From Azolla caroliniana (lineage: Eukaryota; Plantae; Polypodiophyta), in the NCBI GenBank assembly GCA_043228905.1, contig JBHGNT010000022.1:3472001-3536000 (forward strand): a stretch of 64,000 nucleotides of DNA. The letters run 5' to 3'. This document shows positions 25,586 to 37,144 of this stretch, piece after piece. The position numbers and the translations under genes are program-made. Numbering within the stretch: the stretch's first letter is position 1; each line of letters opens with the position of its first letter. The notes below the pieces were generated by a model. That model was not told where the DNA came from. It made no database searches and worked only from the letters and a program-made list of their open reading frames with translations.

Positions 25586-28500
25586 CAATCCAGTCTTAAA
25601 TACTCAATGGAAGAACAAACAAAAAGGAAATGAATATTAATACAATTACATAGACAACAAAGAGGACATCGGATATTTACGTGGAAACCCTAATATGGAA
25701 AAACCATGGGAGCCCACAGATTCCAACCATCATTATAAGAGAAAGGGGTACAATAGGAGACTCAGACGCAACGACCTCGAGTTCTATGCCTTCGCCAACT
25801 GACGGTTACAACGGAAAGACTTTCTGTATCTCTCTCTCTCTCTCTGCAACCTTCGTACAACAATAAAGATAACAACCACCATGAGTGATTGCCCTAAGTC
25901 ATATTTATACTTATATGAGTTTAGGACTATTTACATATATGGCCATGACAAGCAATCTAGAAACATATTTACAAATATGTCCCTAGATCCGGTACACACC
26001 GAATCCAACCGAATACCTTCCCGATCTGTCCGGTCCAATTCCACCGGTTCTCATCCAGATCCCATCCGGAGGGACCGAATTCCCAACAAGATCCCCCTTC
26101 ACTCCGGCATGGGATGTCTTGTCAATCCGATCCGTCTCCTGCACACGTCCAACATGTCGGTTGACATCACCTTGGTCGGCATGTTCGACCCGTTCTCTTC
26201 CGTATGGATCTTCATTAGCACAAAATCTTTATCTTCTACCTTCTCCCGGAGCCAGTGATATCTCCTCTAGATGTGCTTGGTCCGTGAGTGGTAGGCCACA
26301 TTCTTCGTGAGGTGCATAGCACTTTGACTGTCGTAGTAGCACCAGAATTCCTGTTGCCGGATCCCTAACTCTCCGATGAAGTCCGTCATCTAGATTACCT
26401 CTTTGCCGGCTTCCACAACCACCATGTACTCCGGTTCCATTGTCGATAGTGCAACGGACTTCTGCAACCTCGACTACCATGATACGACTCCCCCTGCATA
26501 AGTCATGACATATCCAGATGTAGACCGGTTGGTATCCGCATCAGCCGACATATCCGAATCCGTCAATCCTTCAAGTTGGGGTTTTCCTTAGCCGCATCAA
26601 AGGCACATACTTGAGGTGCCTTTCAAGTACCGGAGTATCCCCTTGACCGTGGTCTAGTGTTCTCTTCCCGGATTGCTCATGAACCGGCTGACCACGCTGA
26701 TTGCATATCTGATATCCAACCGGGTACACACCATTGCGTAAATTAGGCTTCCGATGATGGAGGCATATGGTACCTTCATCATCTCCGAATTCTCCGTCTT
26801 TTTCTTCGGACTTTGCTTCCCGGATAACACTCAGTTTGGCGGAAGTGTCGACCCGACTGGCTTCACATCCGTCATGCTAAACCATTGGAGCACCTTCGTC
26901 ACGTAATTCTCCTATGACAGCCACGATAGCTTCTTCGTCCGGTCCCGGACTATGTGCATCCCCAATATCTGCCTCGCCGGACCCAAATCTTTCATTGAGA
27001 AGGTCCGTTTTAAGGGTTTCTTCAGATTCCCGATTTTGGTTCGGTGCGGTCCTACGATCGGCGAGAGTATTAAGAAGTCTCCACAAATATGCAGTGGTTG
27101 GCCTGCGTCTTGTGGTATCCTTGGTCGGTCATGAAGGAGTCAAACTTCCGGTAACATTGATGCGGAGCTTGCTTCATTTCGTATAAGCTCTTCTTCAACT
27201 GGCACACCAGGAGCTCCTTCCCTTTCTTGAAAAATCCTTCTGGTTATGCATGTAGATTTCTTCTTCGAGGTCGCCTTGTAGGAATGCCGTATTGACGTCT
27301 ACTTGCTCTACCTCAAGGTCCATGCCTACCGCTATGCTCAACACCGCCCGGATGGATGTCATCTTCACTACCGGGGCAAAGATCTCATCAAAATTCACCT
27401 TCCTTTCTTCTAATGGAAACCCTTCACCACAATGCGGGCTTTGTACCTCGGTGGGTTTCCGGCATTTCCCGGTTTCAACTTATACACCCACTTGTTCCGG
27501 AGTGCTCTCTTCCCTTTCGGCAACTCCGTCAATTCGTATGTGTAGTTCTCATGCAGGGAATCCATCTTGTCCTGCATGGCATTTAACCACATGCGGCTAT
27601 GGGTGTCTCTCTTAGCTTCTTGGAAGATTTCTGGTTCCCCCTCATCGGTTAGCAAAACCTTCTCTGCATCCGGAAATCTCCGGGGGCTCTTCTCCCCCTA
27701 AGAGTATATCTTCTTCCTTGGTCTTTGGCCACCAGTTCCTTTGTTTTTTCTTCATCTGAATCCGATTCGTGGTCTTGTCCGGTTCCGGTGTCTAATTCTT
27801 CTCCTTCGTCGGTCGATTCGGTTTCTTGTCCAAATCTGGCCAGTCCTTCAATTGTCATCTGGTTTTCGGTAGGATGGATCCTTGTATCTTCTGTGTGATC
27901 GCTGTCGGTCAACCCGAAGTCCATTTTCTTCTTCTCTGACTCCCACTTGGCAATGTTCTTGTCTTCCATGAAAACTATGTCTTGACTTTGGGAGACCTTA
28001 TTGTCGACCAAGTCCCATGCGTGGTAGCCGAACTCATCATCACCGTATCCAAGAAATATGCATGGTCGGGACTTCAGATCCAACTTTTCTCTCTTGTCCT
28101 TTGCAACATGCACGTAGGCGAGACATTCGAACACCTTCAGTTGCCGGTAAGACACGTCTTTACTGGTCCATACTCTTTGTGGTGTGTCTCCGTCCAAGGG
28201 TGCTGAGAGTGATATGTTAATCACGTATGTCGCCATCAACAACGTCTTCGCCCAAAACTTCTTGGAGAACATAGCATGTGCCAGCATACTCTGGACTCTC
28301 TCCATCACAGTCCGGCTCATCCGTTTGGCCAATCGATTCGGCTCCGGTGTCTTCGGCACGGCGAATTCGAGCCGGATTCCCTTCGACTGGCAATACGTCT
28401 CAAACTGCTCCCGGTATGCACATCCGTTGTCCACTCAAACTGCCTTTAACTTTCGGCCGGTTTCCCTTTCCACCCATACGTGGAATTCCTTGAAGAAGGA

Positions 28501-29633
28501 TAATACCTGGTCCTTCGTCTTCAGTGTCGAGACCCACAATTTCTGGTTGTGGTCGTCTATGAACGCCATGAAGTAATGCGATCCGGCATGTGAGTTCGTG
28601 TCCACTTGGCATACATCGATATGTAGTGTGCACAAGTTCTAGCGGTGCATTCCGTCTCGTCAGTGGTCTCGACCAAAAGGAGGTTCGGTTTTGCTTGCCG
28701 GCCAAGAAGTCAGTGCACTTCTCAAGCTGCATGTCTGTCACCTCCGAAATGAGGTTGTCCTTGGCAAGTTTCTGCATTCCTTTCTGGCTCATGTGGCACA
28801 ATCTATTGTGCCACAACTCAACAACATTGTTGGATGCCACGTTTACTCCTTCCTGACATATTCGGGCATGCATCAGGTATAGTGTGTTGACCTTCCAGGC
28901 TCAGGCCACGATCAAGCTTCCTTTGCAAAACTTCATGACTCCGTTCTGGATGCTACCTGTGTAGCCTTCATCATTTGCCGACCGACTGATATCAGGTTCA
29001 TGTGGGACATCTTTCAACAACAACTTGTACCCGATGGATGTTGTTAGCCATACGTCACCTATGCCGACAATTTGACATGCACCTTCATTTCACATCCGGA
29101 TAGAACCGTGATCTCCAACTCTGTATGATGAGAAGCACTTCCAGTCGGGGGTCAGATGGAATGACGCGCCGGAGTCGACCACCCATGTCATTTCATCATT
29201 GACAAAATGCAGCTCACTCTCCTCGGTGATTAGCAGTAGTTCTTCTTCACTTGTTGTGATTGTCGACGTTCCTTTTTGTTCCAAACTTCTCTGGTCCAGA
29301 CCCTTCTTTGAGTCGGCATTCTCGGTTGCTTTCTGCTTCTGGAAGTGTCGACAATTCTTCTGGAAATGCCCCAGCTTACTGCAATAAAAGAAAGTGGACC
29401 GCCCCTTTGATTTCGACCTCATCCCCGATTTGTCTCAGTTTTGGGAACTCCAAATCCGACCTCTTCCACTATTTTCCTTCCGGCCCGACGTTTTGCCCAA
29501 AGTGACAACTAGCGTCTCCCAACTATCCGTCAGGGAACCGAGCAAGAGCAACGCAAGTACCTCATCGGCTAGAGGTACTTCCAGTGAGGTTGTTTGATTT
29601 ATGAGCCCTTGGAATGCATTTATGTGCTCCACC
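25581..29633 (-). mobile_element. C: old CCGG-rich Tork-like copia element, 5' part displaced by T
   Basis: 3' LTR 25581-26088 (U5 end lost), PPT 26089-26100, then decayed RH, RT, INT, PR (WVVDSGASFHLTP), knuckle and gag, interrupted at 29633. Confidence 0.9.
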
Positions 29634-29922
29634 TATCATGATATGGCAAGACTCGAACCCATGACCTTATGTTACATGGATCGAGCTCTTGACCATTGAC
29701 TATATGTTGTAATACGAAGGATATTATTTTCATTTAAGTTTTACTATAGAAAATTGATGTATATTCCTGATTTCTTTGGAACATTCAAGAAACTTCAGGA
29801 GTACTCTTGAGAACACTATAAAAGGAGGCACAAGGCATTATTTCGAACCAAATCGGTTCAACACCAGTCTTCCTAGCTACTATTGTATATTCTCTTAACA
29901 TAATATATATCTTTTGTTATCA

Positions 29923-29965
<43 letters not shown>

Positions 29966-30086
29966 TTCCTTCTCTCGAGAGTTCTACACCTCCTTTAGTA
30001 CTAATCCTCATCTTTTAGTAGTAATTCCTTCTCTGTCTTAGTACTGTTCCTGACAATACTTCTCTGTCTTAGTACTGCTCATGACA
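29634..30086 (+). repeat. T 5' LTR
   Basis: TATCATGA...TCATGACA ends (G>A change at base 2), TATAAAA at 29817-29823, (CT)n tract. Starts exactly where C gag is cut. The 3' LTR is outside the window. Confidence 0.8.
29645..29706 (-). other. tRNA-like (Pol III A/B box) module in U3 of the T LTR
   Basis: Minus strand reads TAGTCAATGGTCAAGAGC...GGGTTCGAGTC. A box 29693-29702, B box 29650-29659. No intact cloverleaf. Confidence 0.55.
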
Positions 30087-30088
30087 GT

Positions 30089-30100
30089 TTGAACCGATTT
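30089..30100 (+). promoter_or_regulatory. Self-priming PBS of T (Tf1 type)
   Basis: TTGAACCGATTT is the exact reverse complement of AAATCGGTTCAA at 29850-29861, 27 nt after the TATA box. No TGG tRNA PBS is present. Confidence 0.78.
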
Positions 30101-30183
30101 TCGTCTCGTTCCTTCTCTTCCTTTATCTTCTTACTTCTCCCTCCCTTCATACTAATCTCTTATTCCTCTTTTCTCTCATACTA

Positions 30184-32608
30184 TGGCCACTATTTCGGAG
30201 TTGCAATGCTTGAAAGAGAAATTTCTCGCATTGGAAGAAGAAAATCAATGATTGTTGGGGGAGCTTCAACAAAAATCCTTAGAGAAACAACAGACACAAC
30301 AAAAACATGGGGAACTAGCGTTACGCGTGCAACAGGTCGAAGCAACCATAGTAGCAATGCAACAGCAAGGACCCAGTACGCAAGGGGTTCATAAAGAACC
30401 CAAGATTGGCCTCCCCATGAAATTCGATGGAATGCGATCACAGTTTAGAGGATTCCTTAATCAGGTACAATTAGTCATTCAAATGCATCCTTCCCGATAT
30501 CCCACCGATGCATCACGAGTGGGTTTAGTAGGCACGTTGTTAAGTGGCTTAGCTTTGGCATGGTTCGCTCCGTTGTTAGAAATGAAATCTCCTTTATTAA
30601 ACAATTTTGAAGAGTTTTTAAGTGAGTTTAAAGCATGTTTTGGAGATACTCACAGCATAAGGCCAACAATCAACAAAATCTGATGATTACGTCAAGGTGA
30701 TCATCCAGCCTCCGCATACACTGCAGATTTCCACCTACTCGCCTCCAATATCCCTTGGGATGACCAAGCACTTATGGAGCAATTTCGTTATGGTCTACAT
30801 AACGATGTCAAGGATTTACTCTTGACCTTCCCCGAAGAACCAAAGTCATTGACAGAAGCAATCAGTCACGCGGTGAGATGCGACAACCGTCTTTTCGAAC
30901 GACGTTTGGAACATCAGTTCCAGATGCCAAGGGCAAGATCAGTGCCCATCTACGCCTCAGTGGTAGCAAAACATTTTCCAAGGTAGTCATATAATGCATC
31001 TCCAATGAATACTCCAACTCCGATGGAAATTGACACTACACGTCGTCGCGAACCATTATCGGAAGAAGAAAAGTAATGACGCCGAGCAAATCGACTATGT
31101 CTTTATTATGGTGGACCAGGGCATATTGCAGTGAACTGTCCCCGTAGGCCAAGAAGACAGGTGAACCAAATAGTTGCTAGTTCTAATTGTATTAAACCTG
31201 AGTCTATTTCAGTGGGAAAATCTAATAGTCCTAATAGTACTAATAGGCCAAATCTATCGAACACATTTGATGTCCTTAGTCAGTTAGAAGAAGAGTTAAA
31301 TGACTAAGTCCAGCCAAAATAGGAGCTGTTTGGTTAGACAGCCCTACATCTGTGTAGCCCATTAGTGGTTCCATTCCCTCTAAGCAAGTTAGCAATGTGT
31401 TCTTAGCCCAAGTAACCGTTAGTACTAAATGTACCTCTCCAATACATGTCTCAGCACTCCTAGATTCTGGAGCTAATTCTTGCTTCATGGATAGGAATTT
31501 TGCCCAAGCTCATCAGATATCCATAAGAAAATTCCCGTGTCCAGCCTTTGTAGTAGTCATTGATTGTTTTCCCATTGCTTCCGGAAATATCATAGAAGAG
31601 TCAGAGCTCGTTAATATTGTCCTAGATAATTTAGCGTGTGTAGTATCCTTTAATATAATTAGTATCCTAGAACATCCCATTGTTTTGGGATTACCATCGT
31701 TCGAATTACATAACCCAGACATAGATTGGAGAACAACAGAAATCTAGTATCAACAAACCCGAGGATCTACTCATAAGATTGCAACCATTTTGCTACATCA
31801 GTTGCATGAGGAAGGATGCAAGGAAGAAATGTTTCTCTTCGAAGTATCAGCAAAACCCTCCAACACCACTAAAGAGGAGTCCACCGTTCAACTTCTAGAA
31901 AAGTATCGTCATTATGCCGATGTGTTCGATAAAGTACAAGCCAATACGCTTCCTCACCATCGACCGTATGATTGCCCCATCGATTTACAACCGGGAAAAG
32001 AGCCACAATGGGGACAGATCTACAATTTGTCACCAATCGAGCTAGAAGTCCTTCGAGCCTATATAGAGGAGAATAAGATCACCCATTTTCTTCGTCATGA
32101 AAAATGATGGATCACTTCATCTCTTCGTAGATTACCGTGGCTTGAATAAGGTCACCATCAGGAATAGGTACGCACTTCCCCTTATCTCAAGTCTTTTAGA
32201 ACGGATCAATGGTGCAAGGTTCTTCACAAAAATCGACTTACGAGGAGCATATAACCTCATACGGATTCGACTAGGAGATGAATGGAAGACCGCGTTTCGC
32301 ACCATATATGGGCACTTCGAGTATACGGTCATGCCATTCGGCCTCACTAATGTGCCAACAGTCTTCCAACACATGGAAAATGATATATTCCGAGATCTCT
32401 TGGATGTTTGTTTGATCATCTATTTGGATGATCTACTAGTTTATTTGAAGAACCAAGAAGAGCATGATTCTCATGTACTATTAGTATTAAAACGACTTCG
32501 AGAACTGGTCTTTATGCAAAGCTGGAGAAATGTAGTTTCGAGTGCAACCAGGTAGAATTTTTGGGCTATGTCATTTCCTTGGAAGGCATCTCCATGGATC
32601 CAGCTAAG
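30184..32608 (+). pseudogene. T gag, PR and RT, disrupted
   Basis: ORFs 30252-30683 and 30774-30986, knuckle remnant CLYYGGPGHIAVNCP, 31397-31747 (PR), 31790-32555 (RT). Confidence 0.88.
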
Positions 32609-33216
32609 TGACAAGAAATATGCGGAATAATCTCCGGCCACAATTGAAGCGTAGATCACTTGTGACAATCAAAACACAGAAGAAATGGGAATGGAGGTAA
32701 GTACACAAAACAGAAAGAGAATACACAGGATATTAATGTGGAAAACCTTGAGAGGGAAAAACCACGGGAGTCCACAGACTCCAAACTATCACTATGTCAA
32801 GGAGTACAACAGGGAGCACAGAGGCAACAACCTCTTGCTCACAATCTTCGCCTAGTGGCGGTTACAATAGAGACATGCTCTGTATCGCTCTCTCTCTCTC
32901 TCTCTCTGTACAGTCGTTACACCAATAACTCTATGGTTGTCTTCTATATTGAGTTTGCCCTAGGTCATATTTATACTAATATGACTTTCGGGCTATTTAC
33001 AAATATAACCCAGTGGGCTCTCTAGAACATATTTACATATATGTCCCTTCCATCCGATGAGAGGTTCTCACAGGGCCTGCAACATCCAGTTCTCACCGGG
33101 TCTTCCTTGCCGAGTACTCGTAATCTGGTTCTCACCGGGTCTGCATCATCCAGTTCTCCCCGGGTCTTCCGATGCCGAGCCTTCGTATCCCATCCAAAGG
33201 GGCCGAGATCCTAACA
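32609..33216 (-). repeat. F 3' LTR
   Basis: TG...CA, homologous to 51686-52379, adjacent to the PPT. Confidence 0.9.
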
Positions 33217-34371
33217 AAACTACCCCTTCACTCCGGCATGGGATGCCTCGTCAATCTGATCCGCCTCCGGCCTGTGTTTAGCTTGTCTTGCGTTAGCACC
33301 TTGGTCAACATATCCGACCCATTCTCCTCCGTGTGGATCTTCGTAAGCACGAACTCTCAGTCTTCTACTCGCTCCCGAATCCAGTGGTACCTCCGCTGGA
33401 TGTGCTTCGTCCTGGAATGATACGCTGTGTTCTTCGCAAAGTGGATGGCACTTTGACTGTCGCAATAGAGCCGGTATTCCTCTTGCCGGATCCCTAGCTC
33501 TTTGATGAAGTCCTTCATCCATAGTATTTCCTTTCGGCTTCCACAACCGCCATGTACTCCGCCGCTTCCGTGGTTGACAACCCAACCATCTTTTGCAGCC
33601 TCGATTGCCATGAAACAACTCCTCCCACATATATAATGACATATTCGGATGTTGACCGACTGGTATCAGTATCAGCCGACATATCCGAATCAGTGAAACC
33701 GTCAAGTTGGGGTTTACCGGAGCCGAATCGGAGACACATCCTTGAGGTGCCTTTCAAGTATCGGAGTATCCATTTTACCGCATTCCAGTGCTCCTTGCCG
33801 GGATTGCTCATAAACTGGCTCACCACTCCGACTGCATATCCGATATCCGGTCAGGTACACACCATTGTGTACATTAGGCTCCCGACGGTAGAAGCATATG
33901 GTATCTTCATCATATCCGCCTTCTCTGCCTTCATCTTCGGGCTATGCTTACCGGATAACCTACAGTTTGCCACAAGTGTCGATCCGACCGGTTTCGCATC
34001 TGACATGTTGAACCGTTGAAGCACCTTTGTCACATACTTCTCTTGTGACAGCCACAATTGCTTTGTTGGCCGGTCCCGGATGATATGCATCCCCAACATC
34101 CCTCTTGCCGGACCCAAATCTTTCATTGAGAAGGTCCGATTCAGGGCCTTCTTCAGCATCCGTATCTTGACTTGGTCTCGTCCGACAATCAACATGTCGT
34201 CCACGTACAAGAGGAGTATTAGGAAGTCTCCACCTTCGAACTTCTTCACAAATACGCAGTGATCGGCCTGCATCTTGTGGTACCCTTGAATGGTCATGAA
34301 GGAATCGAACTTCCGGTACCATTGCCGGGGAGCTTGCTTCAACCCGTAGAGGCTCTTTTTTAACCAGAAAC

Positions 34372-35005
34372 TGTTAGAAATTGACGCTTTCAAAACCTTC
34401 ACCTCTCGGCCACAACCGAGGAAACACGAATCAATGCAGCAGTAAATCGAAAACACAGAGAGAGACTCAAATGCACAGGGTTTAGCGTGGCAAACCCTAA
34501 ACGGGAAAAACCACGGGAGTGCAAGACTCCAACTATCACTATACGCAGTGAATGTACAATGGCGAGCTGCAAGGCGACGACCTTGAGCTCGCTGTCCTCG
34601 CCACAGGCGGCGGTATTACACAGAGGCGTCGACCTCTTCCTTTCTCTCTCTCTCACTCTCTCTCTCTGCTGCTCTCACTTCGCTCCCTCTAAGTGGAAAA
34701 CAGAAAAATGAGCAACAACAACAAAACTGTTTGCCCTAAGTCATATTTATACACATATGACTTTCGGGCTATTTACAAATATAGCCTCAAGGGCCCTTGG
34801 AAAACATATTCACAAATATGTCCCCGCATCCGGATCTCTCTCCGGGTACATTCATCATCCGGCTCCGTAGCCGGGGTCTTCATCATCCAGATCCGGAACC
34901 GGGTCTTCATCATCCGGCTCCGATACCGGGTACTCCTCGTTCGGGTCTTCATTCCCGATTCCCGGACATCTGACCATCCCATCCGGAGGGACCGTAATCC
35001 CAACA
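34372..35005 (-). repeat. G 3' LTR
   Basis: Differs from 48721-49384 by about six substitutions, one 28-bp U3 unit and one CT unit. Confidence 0.93.
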
Positions 35006-35015
35006 AACTCCCCCT

Positions 35016-36498
35016 TCACTTCGGCATGGGATGTCTTTCCAGTCCGACCCTCTTCCGGCACGCTTCCAGCTTGTCGGGTGTGAGCACTTTGGTCAGCATA
35101 TCTGACCCGTTCTCGTCCGTGTGGATCTTCGTCAGCACGAACTCCTGGTCTTCTATCCTTTCTCGGATCCAGTGATATCTTCGCTGGATGTGCTTCGTCC
35201 GGGAGTGATAGGCCGCGTTCTTCGCAAGGTGGATGGCACTCTGACTGTCGCAGCAGAGTCGGTACTCCTCCTGCCGGATACCGAGCTCTCTAATGAAGTC
35301 CTTCATCCATATTATTTCCTTGCCGGCTTCAACAGCCGCCATGTACTCCGCCTCCGTGGTTGACAACGCAACCGTCTTCTGCAGCCTCGACTGCCACGAA
35401 ACAGCTCCCCCTGCATACGTCATCACATACCCTGATGTGGACCGGCTGGTATCTGCATCAGCCGACATATCCGAATTGGTAAAGCCGTCGAGTTCGGGCT
35501 TACCGGAGCCGAATCGGAGGCACACATTTGCCGTTCCCTTCAGGTATCGGAGTATCCACTTGGCCGCGTTCCAGTGCTCTTTGCCGGGATTGCTCATGTA
35601 CCGGCTCACCACTCCGACTGCATATCCTATGTCCGGTCTTGTACACACCATTGCGTACATCAAGCTTCCGACGGCAGAGGCATATGATACTTTCATCATG
35701 TCCTCCTTCTCAGCCTTTGTCTTGGGGCATTGCTTACTGGACAACTTGCAGTTTGCCGGGAGGGTTGACCCGACCGGTCTTGCTTCCGACATGTTGAACC
35801 GGTGAAGCACCTTTGTCACGTACTTCTCCTGTGACAGCCACAATTGCTTCTTCTTCCGGTCCCGGATGATGTGCATCCCTAGTATTTTCCTTGCCGGACC
35901 CAGGTCCTTCATTGAGAAGGTTCGGTGAAGCGCTTTCTTCAGCATCCGTATCTTGACCTGGTCCCGTCCGACGATCAACATGTCGTCCACGTACAGGAGG
36001 AGTATTAGAAAGTCTCCTCCTTCGAACTTCTTCACAAACACGCAGTGATCGGACTGCGTTTTGTGGTACCCTTCGTCGGTCATGAAAGAGTCGAACTTCC
36101 GGTACCATTGCCGGGGAGCCTGCTTCAGTCCGTAAAGGCTCTTCTTCAACCGGCATACCAGGTGCTCCTTCCCTTTCTTCTCGAATCCTTCCGGTTGCTG
36201 CATGTAGATCTCTTCTTCGAGGTCACCGTGAAGGAATGCCGTCTTCACGTCCATCTGTTCTACCTCGAGGTCCATGCTTGCCGATATGCTCAGCACCGTC
36301 CGGATGGAGGTCATCTTCACTACCGGGGCAAATATCTCGTCGAAGTCGACGCCCTTCTTCTGCTGGAACCCCTTTACCACGATCCTGGCTTTGTATCTCG
36401 GGGGGTTTCCGGCATCTCCCGGTTTCAGCTTGAACACCCACTTGTTTCGAAGTGCCCGCTTTCCTTTCGGCAACTCCACAAGTTCATATGTGTGGTTC
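35016..36498 (-). pseudogene. pol: G RT-RNase H, separated from the rest of pol by H
   Basis: 487-aa open frame: QMDVKTAFLHG, LYVDD, SWQSRLQ, HSRTKHI. Confidence 0.92.
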
Positions 36499-37114
36499 TG
36501 TTGGAATTACGGTCCCTTCGGATGGGATGGTCGGATGTCGGAAATGACTGCCGACGAGCCCGGTTTCGGTTTCGGATCCGGATGACGAAGACCCCGGCTT
36601 CGGTGCCGGATGACGGATGTACCCGGAGAGCGATCCGGATGCAGGGACATATCCATGAATATGTTCGCTATGGGCCCCTGAGGCTATAGTTGTAAATAGC
36701 CCAAAGTCATATAAGTATAAATATGACTTAGGGCAAACAGTTTTACGGTTGCTACTCATTTTTCTGTTTTTCCACTCAAGAGGAGTGAAGAGAGAGCAGC
36801 CGTGAGAGAGAGAGAGCGATAGAGCGCGAGAGAGGAAGAGGTAGACGCCTCTGTGTATTTCCGCCGCCTGTGGCGAGGACAGCGAGCTCAAGGTCGTCGC
36901 CTTGCAGCTCGCCATTGTATACTTCTCTGTATAGTGTTGGTTTGGAGTCTTGTACTCCCGTGGTTTTTCCCGTCTAGGGTTTTCCACGTTAATCCCTGTG
37001 TACTCGCGTTTTTTCCTTGTTTCTCCGTGTGGTTCCTATTTTCTGCTCCATTGATCCGCGATTAATCGGTTGTGGCCGAGTGAAGAAGGTGAATAGAAGC
37101 GTCGATTCTCAACA
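36499..37114 (+). repeat. H 5' LTR
   Basis: TGTTGGAATTACGGTCCC...CTCAACA, followed by the PBS. Confidence 0.95.
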
Positions 37115-37144
37115 AACTGGTATCAGAGCGAGCTGTTGCAGAAA

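Noticed and set aside
25088-25599. Calling the extra 3' ORF a true envelope gene
   Set aside because: No signal peptide, furin site or clear transmembrane helix in the surviving part.
29645-29706. Functional tRNA gene
   Set aside because: No convincing acceptor stem or anticodon arm; kept only as a tRNA-like module.
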